Shown here: piece by piece, positions 24,038 to 36,502 of the stretch
Numbering within the stretch: position 1 is the stretch's first letter
Layout of the letters: the number at the start of each line of letters is the position of its first letter
Origin: Octopus bimaculoides
Lineage: Eukaryota
Reading direction: 5' to 3'
Length of the DNA stretch: 59,051 nt
Assembly (NCBI RefSeq): GCF_001194135.2
Contig: NC_068997.1
Location: 39,951,317-40,010,367 of the forward strand
Notes under the pieces: generated by a model
Told to the model about the DNA's origin: nothing
What the model saw: the letters and a program-made list of their open reading frames with translations, nothing else
Databases searched by the model: none
Translations under genes and position numbers: made by a program

Positions 24038-24695
24038 ACACACAGAGGCTAGAATGCTGCGCATTCCCTTTGCCTAATTCCGCTCACAACTTAGTGAAAC
24101 CGTGTGTATTAGAAGGCACATCCCTAAAGTAACATACAACGAAATAGAGCCCAGTATCACGTGACTGCAAGAGTAACGTCTCAATCTGCTGAACATGCCT
24201 ACTGCTCTACGTGCAAATATGTCATGTCACTTTATCTATCTCTAAACGTAAAACTTTTACTAAAGAATTGTAGCGGTCATTACACACGTTTTATGTATTT
24301 CCACTAATGTCTGTTTTTTCTACTTTTCTTGACGTACAGTTATTCTCTGTTGTTTCATGTATAGATAGGATGAGATTACACCCACACACCCACTCGTATA
24401 CATATGTATATCTTAATATGCTTGTGTGTCTCCCCGCGCGATAGCATGTGTGTTGCTCGATCTATATTGGTATATGGTACATTGTAGTTCTGAAATTAAG
24501 CATATAAAATGAGTAAAGTGTTTGTAACATCATTAAAATATACAATGAATTTCCTTCAAGGAAGGCCATCTTTTGTTTCATTGGACCCAAGTAACTTTTG
24601 TTATGTAGAATTAAGTAATATGAAGAAAATAGCTTATCTAACAGACTATCTACCTTAAATCCAATTACTAACATGAAATAAAGACCGCTCCGTAA

Positions 24696-24914
24696 ATATT
24701 GGTTTCAAACTTTGGCACAAGGCCAGCAATTTCGGAGAAGGAGATAAGTCGATTGCATCGACCCCAGTGCTCAACTGTTACTTATTTTATTGATCCCGAA
24801 ACGGATGAAAGGCAAAGTTGACCTCGGCGGAATTTGAATACAGATTGTACAGGCGAACGACTTATCGCTAAGCATTTTGCGTGGCGCGCGAACGATTCTG
24901 CTAGCTCGTCACCT
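24696..24914 (-). mobile_element. SINE family B
   Basis: GGCACAAGGCC...ATCGACCCCAGTG...GAAAGGCAAAGTTGACCTCGGCGGAATTTGAA...AACGATTCTGCTAGCTCGTCACCT. Confidence 0.85.
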
Positions 24915-24999
24915 TTATATTCATTATCATCAAATTTCCACGTGGGTGGTAGAGCTAATCGTAGTGAAGTGAAACCGAATTCTCTAATAGTCAGCAGTC

Positions 25000-26430
25000 A
25001 TCACTGGTTTCGGTAAACCATCACATTCAAAATGAACGTGGTTCGGAGACCTATCCAGTCTTTGATGTTGTCAGACCATTTTTGTATATCTGCGTTTTCT
25101 TCGTTTTCATTCATAAATTTCTGAAAAATGATTTTATACTGGGAGTCGCATCATGAAACATGTTCGAACCTGGAGAGCACTTTGATGTTTCAATCTAGTT
25201 AGGAATGTTTTTTTAGCGATCAGCATATTTTGTGAAATTGTTACTTGTAAAACTGTTTGTCTTCGGCTCTGTGTGCAAGATGTGTATCTGCATGTTGAAA
25301 CATAAGTGCCAGAACAGCAGGAATTTACGTTCTGTGCCATCTGCGGGTATCCAGCCTTCGCCACTGTACAGATATATCGAAGTCACCAGGGACATGTACA
25401 AATTGCGATTCACGAGAAGACTAGAGATGCTTTGCACATGACGTTCAGCATCAACGACTAGATGATGTTAGGCCAAACCTTGCTCACCTCTTTTAATGAT
25501 CTACTTTTTTGTTCAAAGTGGATCCAAGGTATTTAAAGTTGTTTATTCATTTAAGTTTGTGCTCGTTCAGGATAATATTTGTTGCTACATTCCCTTCGTG
25601 GTTCTTCATCAAAAGCGCGTTCTTTCCTAAACTGACTTCCATTCTGTACGATTTGGACGCTGGGGATGAGCCTCTGGTCTTTTAGTTAGTTACTCTCCAT
25701 TAGGTCAACATTTTTAGCAAATACATGCTACGAAGGCCGTCCTCCAATGGAAATGGAAGAGTAACAGTTCTGTCACCCGTGAGTTTCTAGGAAGATTTTG
25801 AAAAAGTACTGAGAGGAGACAATTTTTAAAGAATCCAACAGTTGTATTAAAAATGTCTCGGGTGCTTTTTCAGAAAAACTGCATTGCTTAAATGTTTATT
25901 CAGTATTTGAATTGGACAGGGTAGAAATGTGACACCACTTGCCACTGACCCTCATGCTAAATGTCGTCAAATCATATTAGAACGTTACACTCTCTTGGAC
26001 GATTATACTGAGGAGGTGAATAAGAAAAAAGATCAAACTATACATTAAGCACATGCACTTATGTCCAAAGATAGCAAAGCGAACAGCACATGGAACCACT
26101 GAAGTGGGAAGCAGAGTGTTTGCAGGCCACTCCCTCTCCAGAGCTTTTAATATGCTGGGCATCCCAAATAGCCTGTTGGTTGAATGGCAGTGACATGGGC
26201 AGAAGAGGATGCTTCAAGGTGGCTGTAGATCAGCAAATTCTTGAGCCCTAGATGGGTTAGCGCTACTTGGGGTCGAGCCAACTTGATACAACCTGAGGAT
26301 TGCTCAATGCTGGCTGGGTCAGCGTGTGAAGGTATCCGATTATTGAAAGATCCAAAACATACTGTGATCCTGGGTAACATCAGTAACAATGTGTCCTATT
26401 GCATCACAAGATATGATTTATGAAAAAAAG
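25000..26430 (-). mobile_element. RTE-clade LINE, decayed RT and 3' end
   Basis: Minus-strand pieces ILKALEREWPANTL; SLLVNRNLYMSLVTSIYLYSGEGWIPADGTERKF...HILHTE; WSDNIKDWIG match RTE RT motifs (SLVTSIFLYGCESW, RWxDNIKEW). Confidence 0.8.
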
Positions 26431-26467
26431 AAAACTCAAAGAATTTGCTAGTGACTGAATATATATT

Positions 26468-27640
26468 TGTACTGCGTAAATTATAATGCTGCTTCGTAAA
26501 TTATATTGGTATTGTGTAAATCTTGTGGCTGTCATATAAATTACACTGTTGCTACTTAAAACAATTGTTGCTGTGTAAATTATATTAGGAATGTGTAAAT
26601 GGTATGACTGTTTCTATCACCGGTGTGTAAATTATTTCGGTGCGTACACTGTGTTGTCATGTCTAGATTATATTACTGATGTGTAAATTTTATTGTTGTG
26701 CAAAATATATCGCTGCTATGTAAATTATATTGATACTATATAAATAATGTAACAATTGTGAAAAATTACATCCGTAGCCTTAAATTATATTACTGCCACG
26801 AAGGTTATAGTAGTGTCATGTGTTTTACATTGCTTTTGTGTATGTCAGTTTAGTTCTGTTTAAAATTTATTACTGCAACATAAATTAATAAATTGCTGCG
26901 TAAATTATATTAATGCCGTGTGAATTATGTTACAACTGTGTAAATTATATCATTGTTGGTGTGCAAAATATACTGTTGTCCGTGTTAACTATATTATAAT
27001 ATTCTTGTGTATTATTTTCACTACCGTGTAATCTGTATCGTTGTTGTGTACATTTTTATTACGACTGAACACGCTTTTGCTATTGTGTAACTTATATTTC
27101 TTCAGTGTAAATTTATTTTGGTACCATGTAAATATACTGCTACTGCGTAAATTCTGTTAGTGGTAGGTAGACTGTTTTTCTCTTTTCCGTGTGTTATATA
27201 TATTTGTTCTTGAGTCCTGACACTCCTAAGGCCGGTTACCCGGGTTCCATGGACGCGCCTACTTGTGGCACAGCTCAAGGTTCACAATTTTAGGGGAGGG
27301 GACAAATCGATCCCATAGACCTCAGCACTTGACCGGTACTTTATTTTATCAGTTCCGAAAGGCTGAAAGGCAAAGTTGACCTGTGTGGGATTTGAACTCA
27401 AAACTTAAAGAGTCCAAGGAAATGTCACAAAGCATTTTATCTTACGTTTTAGCGATTCTGTCAGCTTGCCATTTTATAAATTTATTGTTGCAGTGTAAGT
27501 TATAATTTTTGCTCAATAAATTATATATTTGCTGTGTTAGTTGGGTTGCTGGTATGTAACTTATATCACTGTTTATATGTTATAGTGGTTCTGAATAAAT
27601 TATATTGCTGGTGTGTAAATCACACTTTTGTAATGTTTTA
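26468..27640. repeat. Degenerate ~19-20-bp minisatellite (consensus about GTGTAAATTATATTGCTGCT), split by a SINE
   Basis: The GTAAATTAT core recurs about every 20 bp over 26468-27165 and resumes at 27476-27640 after the SINE B insertion. Confidence 0.75.
27267..27473 (-). mobile_element. SINE family B
   Basis: GAAAGGCAAAGTTGACCTG...GATTTGAACTCAAAAC...AGCGATTCTGTCAGCTTGCC. Confidence 0.8.
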
Positions 27641-27675
27641 TAAGGGAACGACTTTTTAAATTTAATTATATTTAT

Positions 27676-27878
27676 CGCCGGCAAGCTGGCAGAATCGTTA
27701 GTACGCCCGGCGAAATGCTTAGTGGCATTTCGTCTGTCTTTACGTACTGAGTTCAAATTTCGCCGAGATTAACTACGATATGGATATTTTAAGTTCCACT
27801 GAAACACTGGGGTCAATGTAATCGACAAGTCCCTTCCCTTAAAACTCCGGGCCTTGTGCCTTAAATAGAAATGATTAT
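27676..27878 (+). mobile_element. SINE family B
   Basis: GGCAAGCTGGCAGAATCGTTAGTACGCCCGGCGAAATGCTTAG...CTGAGTTCAAATTTCGCCGAG...GGGCCTTGTGCC. Confidence 0.85.
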
Positions 27879-29834
27879 TTATTAAAATTTCGACGAAAAC
27901 ATTCTTAAGCTATGAAGGAGGTTCGAACCTGCATAGATAACAACTTTATATTCAATATTTCTTCTAGCTTATTTTCGTTATTTTTCCTCATACAATAGCA
28001 TTATGTGTTTCTTTCAATTAGTCTGTCGCATACATTATTATTCGCAAAAAAGAAAAAAAAAGATGCATGATAGCATTCTACAAACGTCAGATGTAAATTG
28101 GAAAAAAATATTTAAAACTATATGAAAAACATGAATGTTATATTTCCTTTTGTTTGCTGTTGAACTTTAAGATTGATGATATCATATCCTTGTTTTACTT
28201 TATCTCATCATAAAAAAATATAATATTTTCATTGTTATTTGTTAACTACATTATTTGGAATTATTCAGAATAAAACTACAACTCATTCTGATAAACAGGA
28301 AAAAAAAGTGAAAAAAGATTGCAAATGATTAAATATTAAACAATTTTCAATCAGATGAACTATTCCAGCGAGATGACAGCTGAGAAAATATTCAGTTTAC
28401 ACGAATCTTTTGAGATCCGACGGGGAGAGAGGGGAATGTCTAGGCCAGGTTTTCTCTGTACATACGAAGAGTCAGTCGGTCTGAGAGTATGTGTACTGGT
28501 TAGTTTTCGAAAGACATAAGCAATTCTTTAAACGAGTATAACGTGACAGTAAAAGAGATAAAAAAAATTTCGCTAGCCAATATGGCGATCAAACGTCTGC
28601 CTATTACTAAGAACCATATAAACAGTATTGGTGTTGTTTGGTTAGACCATGGCATCCTCATTGATGCATTATTATGTATCAACAATGGAGTACAATTGTA
28701 TTTTGCACAGCAAAAATCAAACGGAGCTTGCAAATTCGATTCCACTCTGTCTTTTTGAAAAATTACTTTTTATTTGTACAACATTAATAATGTGTCACAA
28801 TATTGGTAAATATAGTTGATTTCTTGGGAGGAGGTCACTTGTGAAATGATTAAGATTGTTTAATATACCATTATTCATAACTTACAGCCGTTTTCTCTCC
28901 AATTCTAAATATTATCTGTAAATAAGAGAGATTTTAATTACTTTAAGGAATGTCATTTAGAATTCTGATGGAAATATATTATTACTTTTAAAACCAATCA
29001 ATTAAAGGAAATTTCCATAATACAGAAACGGTTTATGCTCGCCCGTTTTCTCATACGTCTAAAGATGAATGTGGAGAGGTATGGTATTTCAGAATTCAGT
29101 ATTTTTCGATCAGGAAACTATAAACTGTAATATATCTCATAAACATTTACCAATAATGCAATATTGTAATGAAATTTAATGAAAAATCTTTTCAAAATGA
29201 TGTACGTTCGCTCATTAGTAATATTTAAGAGAATCTTTGTTTATTGTCAAAGAAGATTTACTTTTTTACAACCCTGTTGTCCATGAAACGTTGCTCAGAA
29301 GTATAGAACACTTTTTGGAGAAAAAATATAGCAATTGAACCTAAATGTAACCATATTCTAAAACCAATGTCTCTCATCAACAAAAGAAGCAAGGATGAGT
29401 CAATGAGAATTCCTTAACATCGTGTATTGATTTACATGAAACAGCAGCCAAATATTCAACTCACACACTACCCCTTTAAGTTAGAGACGAGCACATGAGA
29501 TACAGTAGTTCGTCTTAAACATTAAACAAACTGGATGAAAAATATAGAAATGCTTTTGATCATTGGTCTTCACGGTCAGAGTGCACCTGAAATTTTAGCC
29601 TCTTTTAGTTTTGTTGGTATATAACTTTTGAAACGCTTTCTTACTCCTTTGATATACATTTTAATAAATTCATTCATAGTCCTTAAGAAGTAAAAATCTG
29701 AAGTCAACAGACAGAATGCTTTGTTACTCATAGAATTATCAGACCAAGTCATAACATTCATTTCAAAGATTATTCTCATCTGTCTACAACGTCTCAAAGT
29801 GTTCTTTATATATATCATTATTACATAAGGACTT

Positions 29835-29943
29835 AAGGTGGCGAGCTGGTAGAGTCGTTAGCATACCGAGCAAAATGCTTCATGTTCTGAGTTCAAATCC
29901 CGGCGAGGTCGAATTCCCCTTTTATTTTTGTAGGGGCCTTGAA
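29835..29943 (+). mobile_element. Short internally deleted SINE B with 21-bp target-site duplication
   Basis: AAGGTGGCGAGCTGGTAGAGTCGTTAGC...GAGTTCAAATCCCGGCGAGGTCG, flanked by ATCATTATTACATAAGGACTT (29814-34) and ATCATTATTACATAGGGACTT (29944-64). Confidence 0.85.
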
Positions 29944-30059
29944 ATCATTATTACATAGGGACTTTTTTAATAGCAACATTCTATTCAGATTTGAGTAAAT
30001 TCCTAACTTTCTGTGATGTTCCAATATACTGAAAACACTGTGTTTTTAACCCGAAGAAC

Positions 30060-31080
30060 CCGTCTCCAACCTATGTCCTGCATGCACTAACATTGATTAA
30101 CTGTACAGATCGATACACCACATATCAGTAAAGCTTTCGGCTGTGACTGGCATGTAAATCTCTTCCTGCCTATGCGCTCCACCTGCTTCTCATCTCTTAG
30201 ATCGGTAGCTTCGTATTGTTATATTGCCGCTTGAGTTGACGGAGATACTTTCTGTCTCTCATTCCATCAACTGCAAACTTTCTTCCTTCAGTACATTAAT
30301 AACTTATTTGCTGCCGTATCACACAGGGCTCACTCCAATACTTAAGATCCTGCCTTTCATTTCTTCTTAACATTATCTAACCAAGCATTATCCACTCACA
30401 ACCTAAACATCACATGTCAAATACTGATTTCATGAACAGAAATCTTGGAAGCAACATCCGCAGAGATATTCGTGTCTCCTTCATTAGCAAGAAAACTCAT
30501 ATCAAGAAAATATCATCCAACGTCGCCCTCAATCACAAGCAGCATTCAAAGTTCTCGAAATGACTCTAATGGCTAGGTCTCACTATAACCGCGGATATTT
30601 CTTAAGGAAAGCACATAGCGAGGATCAGAGCGCAACATCTGGATCTTCTGTTGAAGGCAGAAGGCACTTCAGGCTCCAACATTCTTAATACTCGGCAACA
30701 TTAAGTTAAGGGTCCTAATATGGTATTGCTTTCACATTTTAGACGATGCTGTTGCTGATCACCCTGACATCCTAGACCGCATCAAGTAAAGGGTTACCAG
30801 ACTGAGAGGTTTAAAGCTACTTACAGATAAACTCCAACCACTCTCTGCCTTTTCTAGTCTTTCGTGCTGGTTGGACTTTTCGTCTTTCCTTTTACGAATG
30901 TTGTCTCCAAGCCCCAGGCTTTGAACGAGTCACTACGCTTAGTCGTTCTTTCCCAAAACGTCGATTCTATGGGTTTCCGTTCCTGTTCATATCTTTCCCG
31001 CAGATGTTTACTTGAAAAGATTTAAAAGGAATCGATATCATGGTCTTGATGGGGTTTGCATCGGCTATGGGCACTGTCCC
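30060..31080 (-). mobile_element. Probable decayed, internally deleted RTE-like LINE 5' and central fragment
   Basis: GC-richer block with broken coding-like minus-strand frames; assignment rests on recalled similarity only. Confidence 0.35.
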
Positions 31081-31289
31081 TTCCTATAGACTCAGCAAGC
31101 TAAAAGAAAAAGAAAGCTAAAAATACCAGTTCAGTGTCAAACAATATTAGTCAATAATAATAAAATAACTATTAATTCTTTCAGCGAGTATGGAAGACAA
31201 CTCCGGGCAAATATCTCTTACTATGATCTCATCAGTGAAGCATTTATTTCGCCTTTCTTGCCGAAGTAATGCTGGATGAATCACTATAT

Positions 31290-31620
31290 GAATGTATAAG
31301 ACTGCGGATTGGTTGGAGAAGGAAATGTAGACATTTTTGAGGTAATAAATAACTCAGATACTCCAGTAACATGAAAACCAATAGTTAGGTTACTGTTTAA
31401 ATATATAATACAAGAGGTATTGATTTCAACTCTTGTTAGTGTAGTAATGGTAAGGATCTCAAACATTACCATCGTGTCGCATGTCGGTAAAATGATGCTT
31501 CTCGGCAGTAGGGAAGTGGAAAATATATGACGTGTTGCTTTACACGAAGTCACTGAAAGGCGAAGAGTAATGTCGATGTGGCCCAAAGCAGGAAATAACT
31601 ATGACACTGCTCACAAAATT
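31290..31620 (+). mobile_element. Decayed LINE RT N-terminal fragment
   Basis: Translation ...NITIVSHVGKMML... resembles the RT motif YRGIxLxSHVGK. Confidence 0.35.
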
Positions 31621-33556
31621 TAACACTCTCGATAAAATGCAAGAAAGTTAAGAACTGACATTTATCTAGAAGGATAGCATTCAACACTATAAAACCATAG
31701 AACGATTAGAGGGAGAAATAACCCCCACTAAAATTCCTGGAAACGTTTTCACAAACAGTTTGGTTGTTTAGATTACTTGTTCAATGGAGAGGCACATTTC
31801 ATGGTTTCCTCTAGGGATCGTATATTGTCATGTGGCAGTAAAATCAGTTCCTGGTCCTGAAACGTATGGCTTGGCAGCATAGATATAAACTTTGAAGTAA
31901 GGTGAGCCTTGATTCATGACTGTTTAGTGGCTGGCAGCACTGAATTTCAGATATTCTGGTATTAATAGGATCAACGGAATTAATTAAATTCAATTTAGTA
32001 ATAAGTTAAGTAGTTAATGGTGTTTAAATCACTGATTATACAGATATTTCTCAATTTCCTAAAGACTAGAAATATTAATAGAAATAAAGCAATTCATTTT
32101 GAAATTTGTGAAGAAATTCTAGTCAAAACAGCGACAAAGAAGAAAAACTAGAAACTTCTTTATCAAAATCTAATTTGAGAAAGAGTTTTTGCTCCAGACA
32201 ACTGTCTCATAAATCTACGAGTTTAGATAATTTTTGTTTTGATAATAGTTGTGTGAAAATTCAATAAATAAATGTTTTATTCATAAGAATAGTGTCATAT
32301 CAAAGTTTCTGACACAAGATCTTACATTTATGGATGGTTCAAAGGTTTTATAGAATACCCTACATTAGTAGAAATGATGTTGCTATGAAGATATGTTTAA
32401 ATATTTACTCTTTTAGTTTTGATGATATGATTTTTTCTACCGTTTCATTTGGACTGTTCATTAGACATTGAAAGCATAAAATCCTGCATAATTCACGATA
32501 ACCAAGTTAAAGATTATATGCTACTGTGCTTATCTTGACAAATATATAATATTTTACATCGCACACCGCTCACATAAAAACTTAAATTCTGATACATGCA
32601 CGAGCACACACACAGCCCCACAAGTGCACTCCTGTATACATAGCTACGGTGACACAGAAAATTCGTGAAATGATTGTCTGGGTGACCAGTGTATTGCTGT
32701 TATGAAAAACGGTAGTCGCTAATATTTTCACATTTGCGTTGAGTACGTACGTCTTGTGAATACATTTGAAGACGGTATGATATCTTGTAATACATTAGAA
32801 ACTGTCTCTTTCTCTCAGATAGGAGACATACAGAATAGATTCTTTAGTATAAATAATCGTGTATGTATATATGTATGTCTGTATGTTTGTATGTATGTAT
32901 ATGTATATATGTATGCTTATGTGTGTGTATTTGTGTGTATNNNNNNNNNNATATATATATATATATATATATATATTTATTTATTTACGTATTTATGTTT
33001 GTGTGTATTTGTTTATATTGTACGGATATTTGCTGATTTCCATATGTATATCCAGCAACAGAAATCATACTGTGATAACAATTGGTAGCCGAAACCACGA
33101 ACGGAGCTTTGGAAAGCACGCTAAGTTTATAACTCAGACTGTATTAATATGTGCGTGCGTAAGTGTGTGTGTATGCGTGTGTGTGTATGCGTGTGTGTGT
33201 TTGTGTGTAAATAAGCTATACCACATTCTTTCTATCATTACTGAAGATTGACACTGTCCAACGGCTTCTACCTAGATTCTTAAAATGAAATTTTCATTAT
33301 TCGCCCACATTCACATTTAAACTGTCACTGTCTGACCATTTACATGATGTAAATATTCTAATTATTTGAGAATACTTCACAGATCGGACAATGAAAAGTC
33401 TCAAGTGTTCCTTCAACTTGCATGACATATACTTACGTGCAAGATATGCTGCCTAATGTAATGAAGCAAAAAGAACCTTTACTCAATTGAAATTTTGACC
33501 ATAATGTGTTAGTGACAGTTATTTTCAAAAAATTTAAGACAAAACTCCGCTACTTG

Positions 33557-33968
33557 ATATTTTTTTCTACTCTAGGCACAAGGCATGATATTTTGGAGGA
33601 GGCGGCCAGTCGATTAGATCGACCCCAGTATGCAACTGGTACTTAATTTATCGCCCCCGAAAGAATAAAAGGCAAAGTCAACCTCGGCAGAATTTGAACT
33701 CAGAACATAGACAGACAAAATATCGCTAAGCATTTCGCTCGGCGTGCTAACGTTTCTTATTTCTTTATTGCCCACAAGTGGCTTCGCATAGAGAGGACAA
33801 ACAAGGACGGACAAAGGGATTAAGTCGTTTACATCGACCCTAGTGCGACCCCGAAAGGATGAAAGGCTAAGTTGACCTCAGCGGAATTTGAACTCAGAAC
33901 GTAGCGGCAGACGAAATACCGCTAAGCATTTCGCCCGGCGTGCTAACGTTTCTGCCAGCTCACCGCCT
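33557..33968 (-). mobile_element. Tandem dimer of SINE B (two different 3' tails)
   Basis: Two head-to-tail monomers: 33757-33968 (intact head AGGCGGTGAGCTGGCAGAAACGTTAGC, tail GTGGGCAATAAAGAAATAA) and 33557-33756 (starts at GAAACGTTAGCACG, tail GCCTTGTGCCTAGAGTAGAAAAAAATAT). Confidence 0.9.
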
Positions 33969-34549
33969 TTCCCAAAATTAATATTGAACTAACAAGTGTG
34001 CATTTGAATAAGCCATCATATTTTATTGTATATTATTTCTTCACTTCTCTAACATTAAAAAATATTAATTTGATTGGGTCAAAGGTACGTGTATCATATT
34101 TCATACTACATTTTGAGCTGTGAAACAATTTTATGTGTCGGCGAATGATCTCTGATCTATCGCCTAGCTTTTGTTTTTTAGAAGACAGGAAGACAGCGCT
34201 GTAAGTCATGAAAATACCCATTAGCTGTCACTTGCTAACTGTAGTGTTATTTCCTATTCAAAGTGTTGACTTAGATTTTGTCGGACGCTATCATTAAGAA
34301 CTAACAGCTTTGACCAAGGTTACACTGTGACATATATGATACGATGCCAGATGTGACATATCACAAAGTATCAGATATGATACAATGCTTAATCGCATAC
34401 AACAGAATGCAATGGACATACACCATCAACCCTTACACTGATCATGTGCTTCTTATTAAGTCTCCAAAGCTCTCCTGCTATGAATAATACAATTTAAATG
34501 TTGGAAATAAAAGTAGGTATGGAATGCAAAGAAGACTATGTTTGACCTT

Positions 34550-34680
34550 TAGGTATACAAGGACGAATCCAGACAGATTTTGTTCTATTACACTTCATCA
34601 TTAAGGCATGTCTATACGTAGCTGACTTACTGCATGAAATCTTAACAGAAAAATTAAATAAATATGAAATGAAATCGGAA
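34550..34680 (+). mobile_element. Possible CR1/L2-like RT fragment
   Basis: IQTDFVLLHFIIKA...LHEILTEKL resembles the QxDxxxLDFSKAFD.VPH..LL.KL motif. Confidence 0.3.
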
Positions 34681-36502
34681 CTCTGTCGAATATCAAGCCC
34701 TATCATTTACTTGTTTCAGCCATTAGAGGCCATGCTGGAGCACCGCTTGTACCGTTTTGAATGAGCAGATCATTAAAGCACAACGTATTTCGCTCAACCA
34801 CGTAAATTTGTTATGAACGGCCCACACGAGGTTTGTTAGAAGTCAATAATGTTTACAGTTTGCAAATGTAACACCCAAAGAAAACAAAAAATCATTTGTG
34901 CTCAGCGTTGACCGGAAAAAGGAATGGATCGGGGAAATCAAACTATTGCAAAAATCATAAAACGATAAAGAATAAGCTGTTATTTACACGTAAATGCAGA
35001 GTAAGTGAACATGTTTAAAATCATATGTTACAAATTTGATAGACAGCTTTTTCCAAGAAGCCCAAATTGATTTGAAGTAATATATACGTCAAGTATAAAT
35101 AAAATTATTGCATTGACTGGCGAATGTTTTGCTGATTTACAATTCTGAGTATATATTTTGTTTAGTCAAAACAAATTAATGACATCATGTGAAATTTTGT
35201 AAAAATAAAAAATGAATTTGGGAACCTCGCCAGATGTGTTTCAGCAATTTGAAAGTGATTGAGAGATAGAGGGGAAAACACACACACAGACAAACGGATT
35301 TCTCCCTCTCACCATTTCGTTTTCTATCTCTCAGCTCTTCACCCTCCTTCTTTTTCTCCTTCTCTCACACACATGCATACACATACATGCACACGCACAC
35401 ACATGTACGTACGTTTTTTATTTCCTTTTAAGTATGTATACACTCTTGTAAGCTTAAGTATGATGGCAACGTATGACATAGTGCATAAGACAAATATATA
35501 TTTTTTCTGTAATAGCAGTACTTTATATAGGCAAAAACATTCCCTAAATCAATTAAATAGTACTTCAATAAAATCAATTAAATAGTACTTCAATAACAAT
35601 TCAGCAAAGTCACTAATTAATGTCTTTGTGAGCCAGTAAGCTCATTATCTTCCGTACTCCATCAACACATGTTGATGGCCTAAACTGCTTAATACGGAAA
35701 CAAATTTGAGCATAGTTTCCGTTGATTTTTTTTTCACTTTATTTTGACTGAAATTGGCATGCTGGTTTCGAAACTACAATTAGTTTGTTTTTTTTTTTGC
35801 TGTAATTTACTCTCTGACTAAGTACAATTGTATTGTTTGTCCGTAAGTAATAGAACTGGTCAGCTTTTACTTTTATTTTATTGATAAGGAGCGAGAGGTT
35901 TTTAAATATGGTATGTTTTGAAAAGCATGGCAGCCTATAGCCAGTTTCAAATTTCCCTCCGAAAAATAAGTCACAGTTATTGATCAGTCAGATGACTCAG
36001 CTTGTCTTCAATCCTTAAGAGTCTAGGCCATGTTTCAAGATGGAAGCTGGAAGCTAACTTGGTGCTGAGATGCATGCAATTTCAGGAATGTGGACAATCA
36101 TAGTAATGCAGAGGATTCGATGTTACGACGCCAGAGAACAGTGGTGGAGAGATGGCAAGCTTTGAAGTGAGTGAACTGCTAGTTTGAAGTGCGGTGGGAT
36201 TCTATTCTGGAGTTTACAGCCTAAGTTTCTACCTTGTTCTTTTTTCGTATGTTGTATTTATGTGAATGCATATTATGTATATTCATTTTCTGATGCATAT
36301 CCATACATGTTTTTTGTGAAATACACATATTTATAAGGGATAGTGGTTACAGACCCCTCTGGCCGCACTATGTAGGTGATTATTATTGCAAATACTTCAT
36401 AAAAGTATGTATGCAAGACCTTATTTACGCATTATTTTCTTTTTCTAAGCTTGTGGTTGTTCAACATAATTTTTATTCCCATACTCATATTTGCTCATTC
36501 AG

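Noticed and set aside
26468-27640. CRISPR-like array
   Set aside because: Units are contiguous and degenerate with no unique spacers; the context is eukaryotic and there are no cas genes.
28540-28760. VVWLDHGILID resembling mariner VFWDxxGI
   Set aside because: A single short motif with no neighbouring transposase motifs or TIRs.
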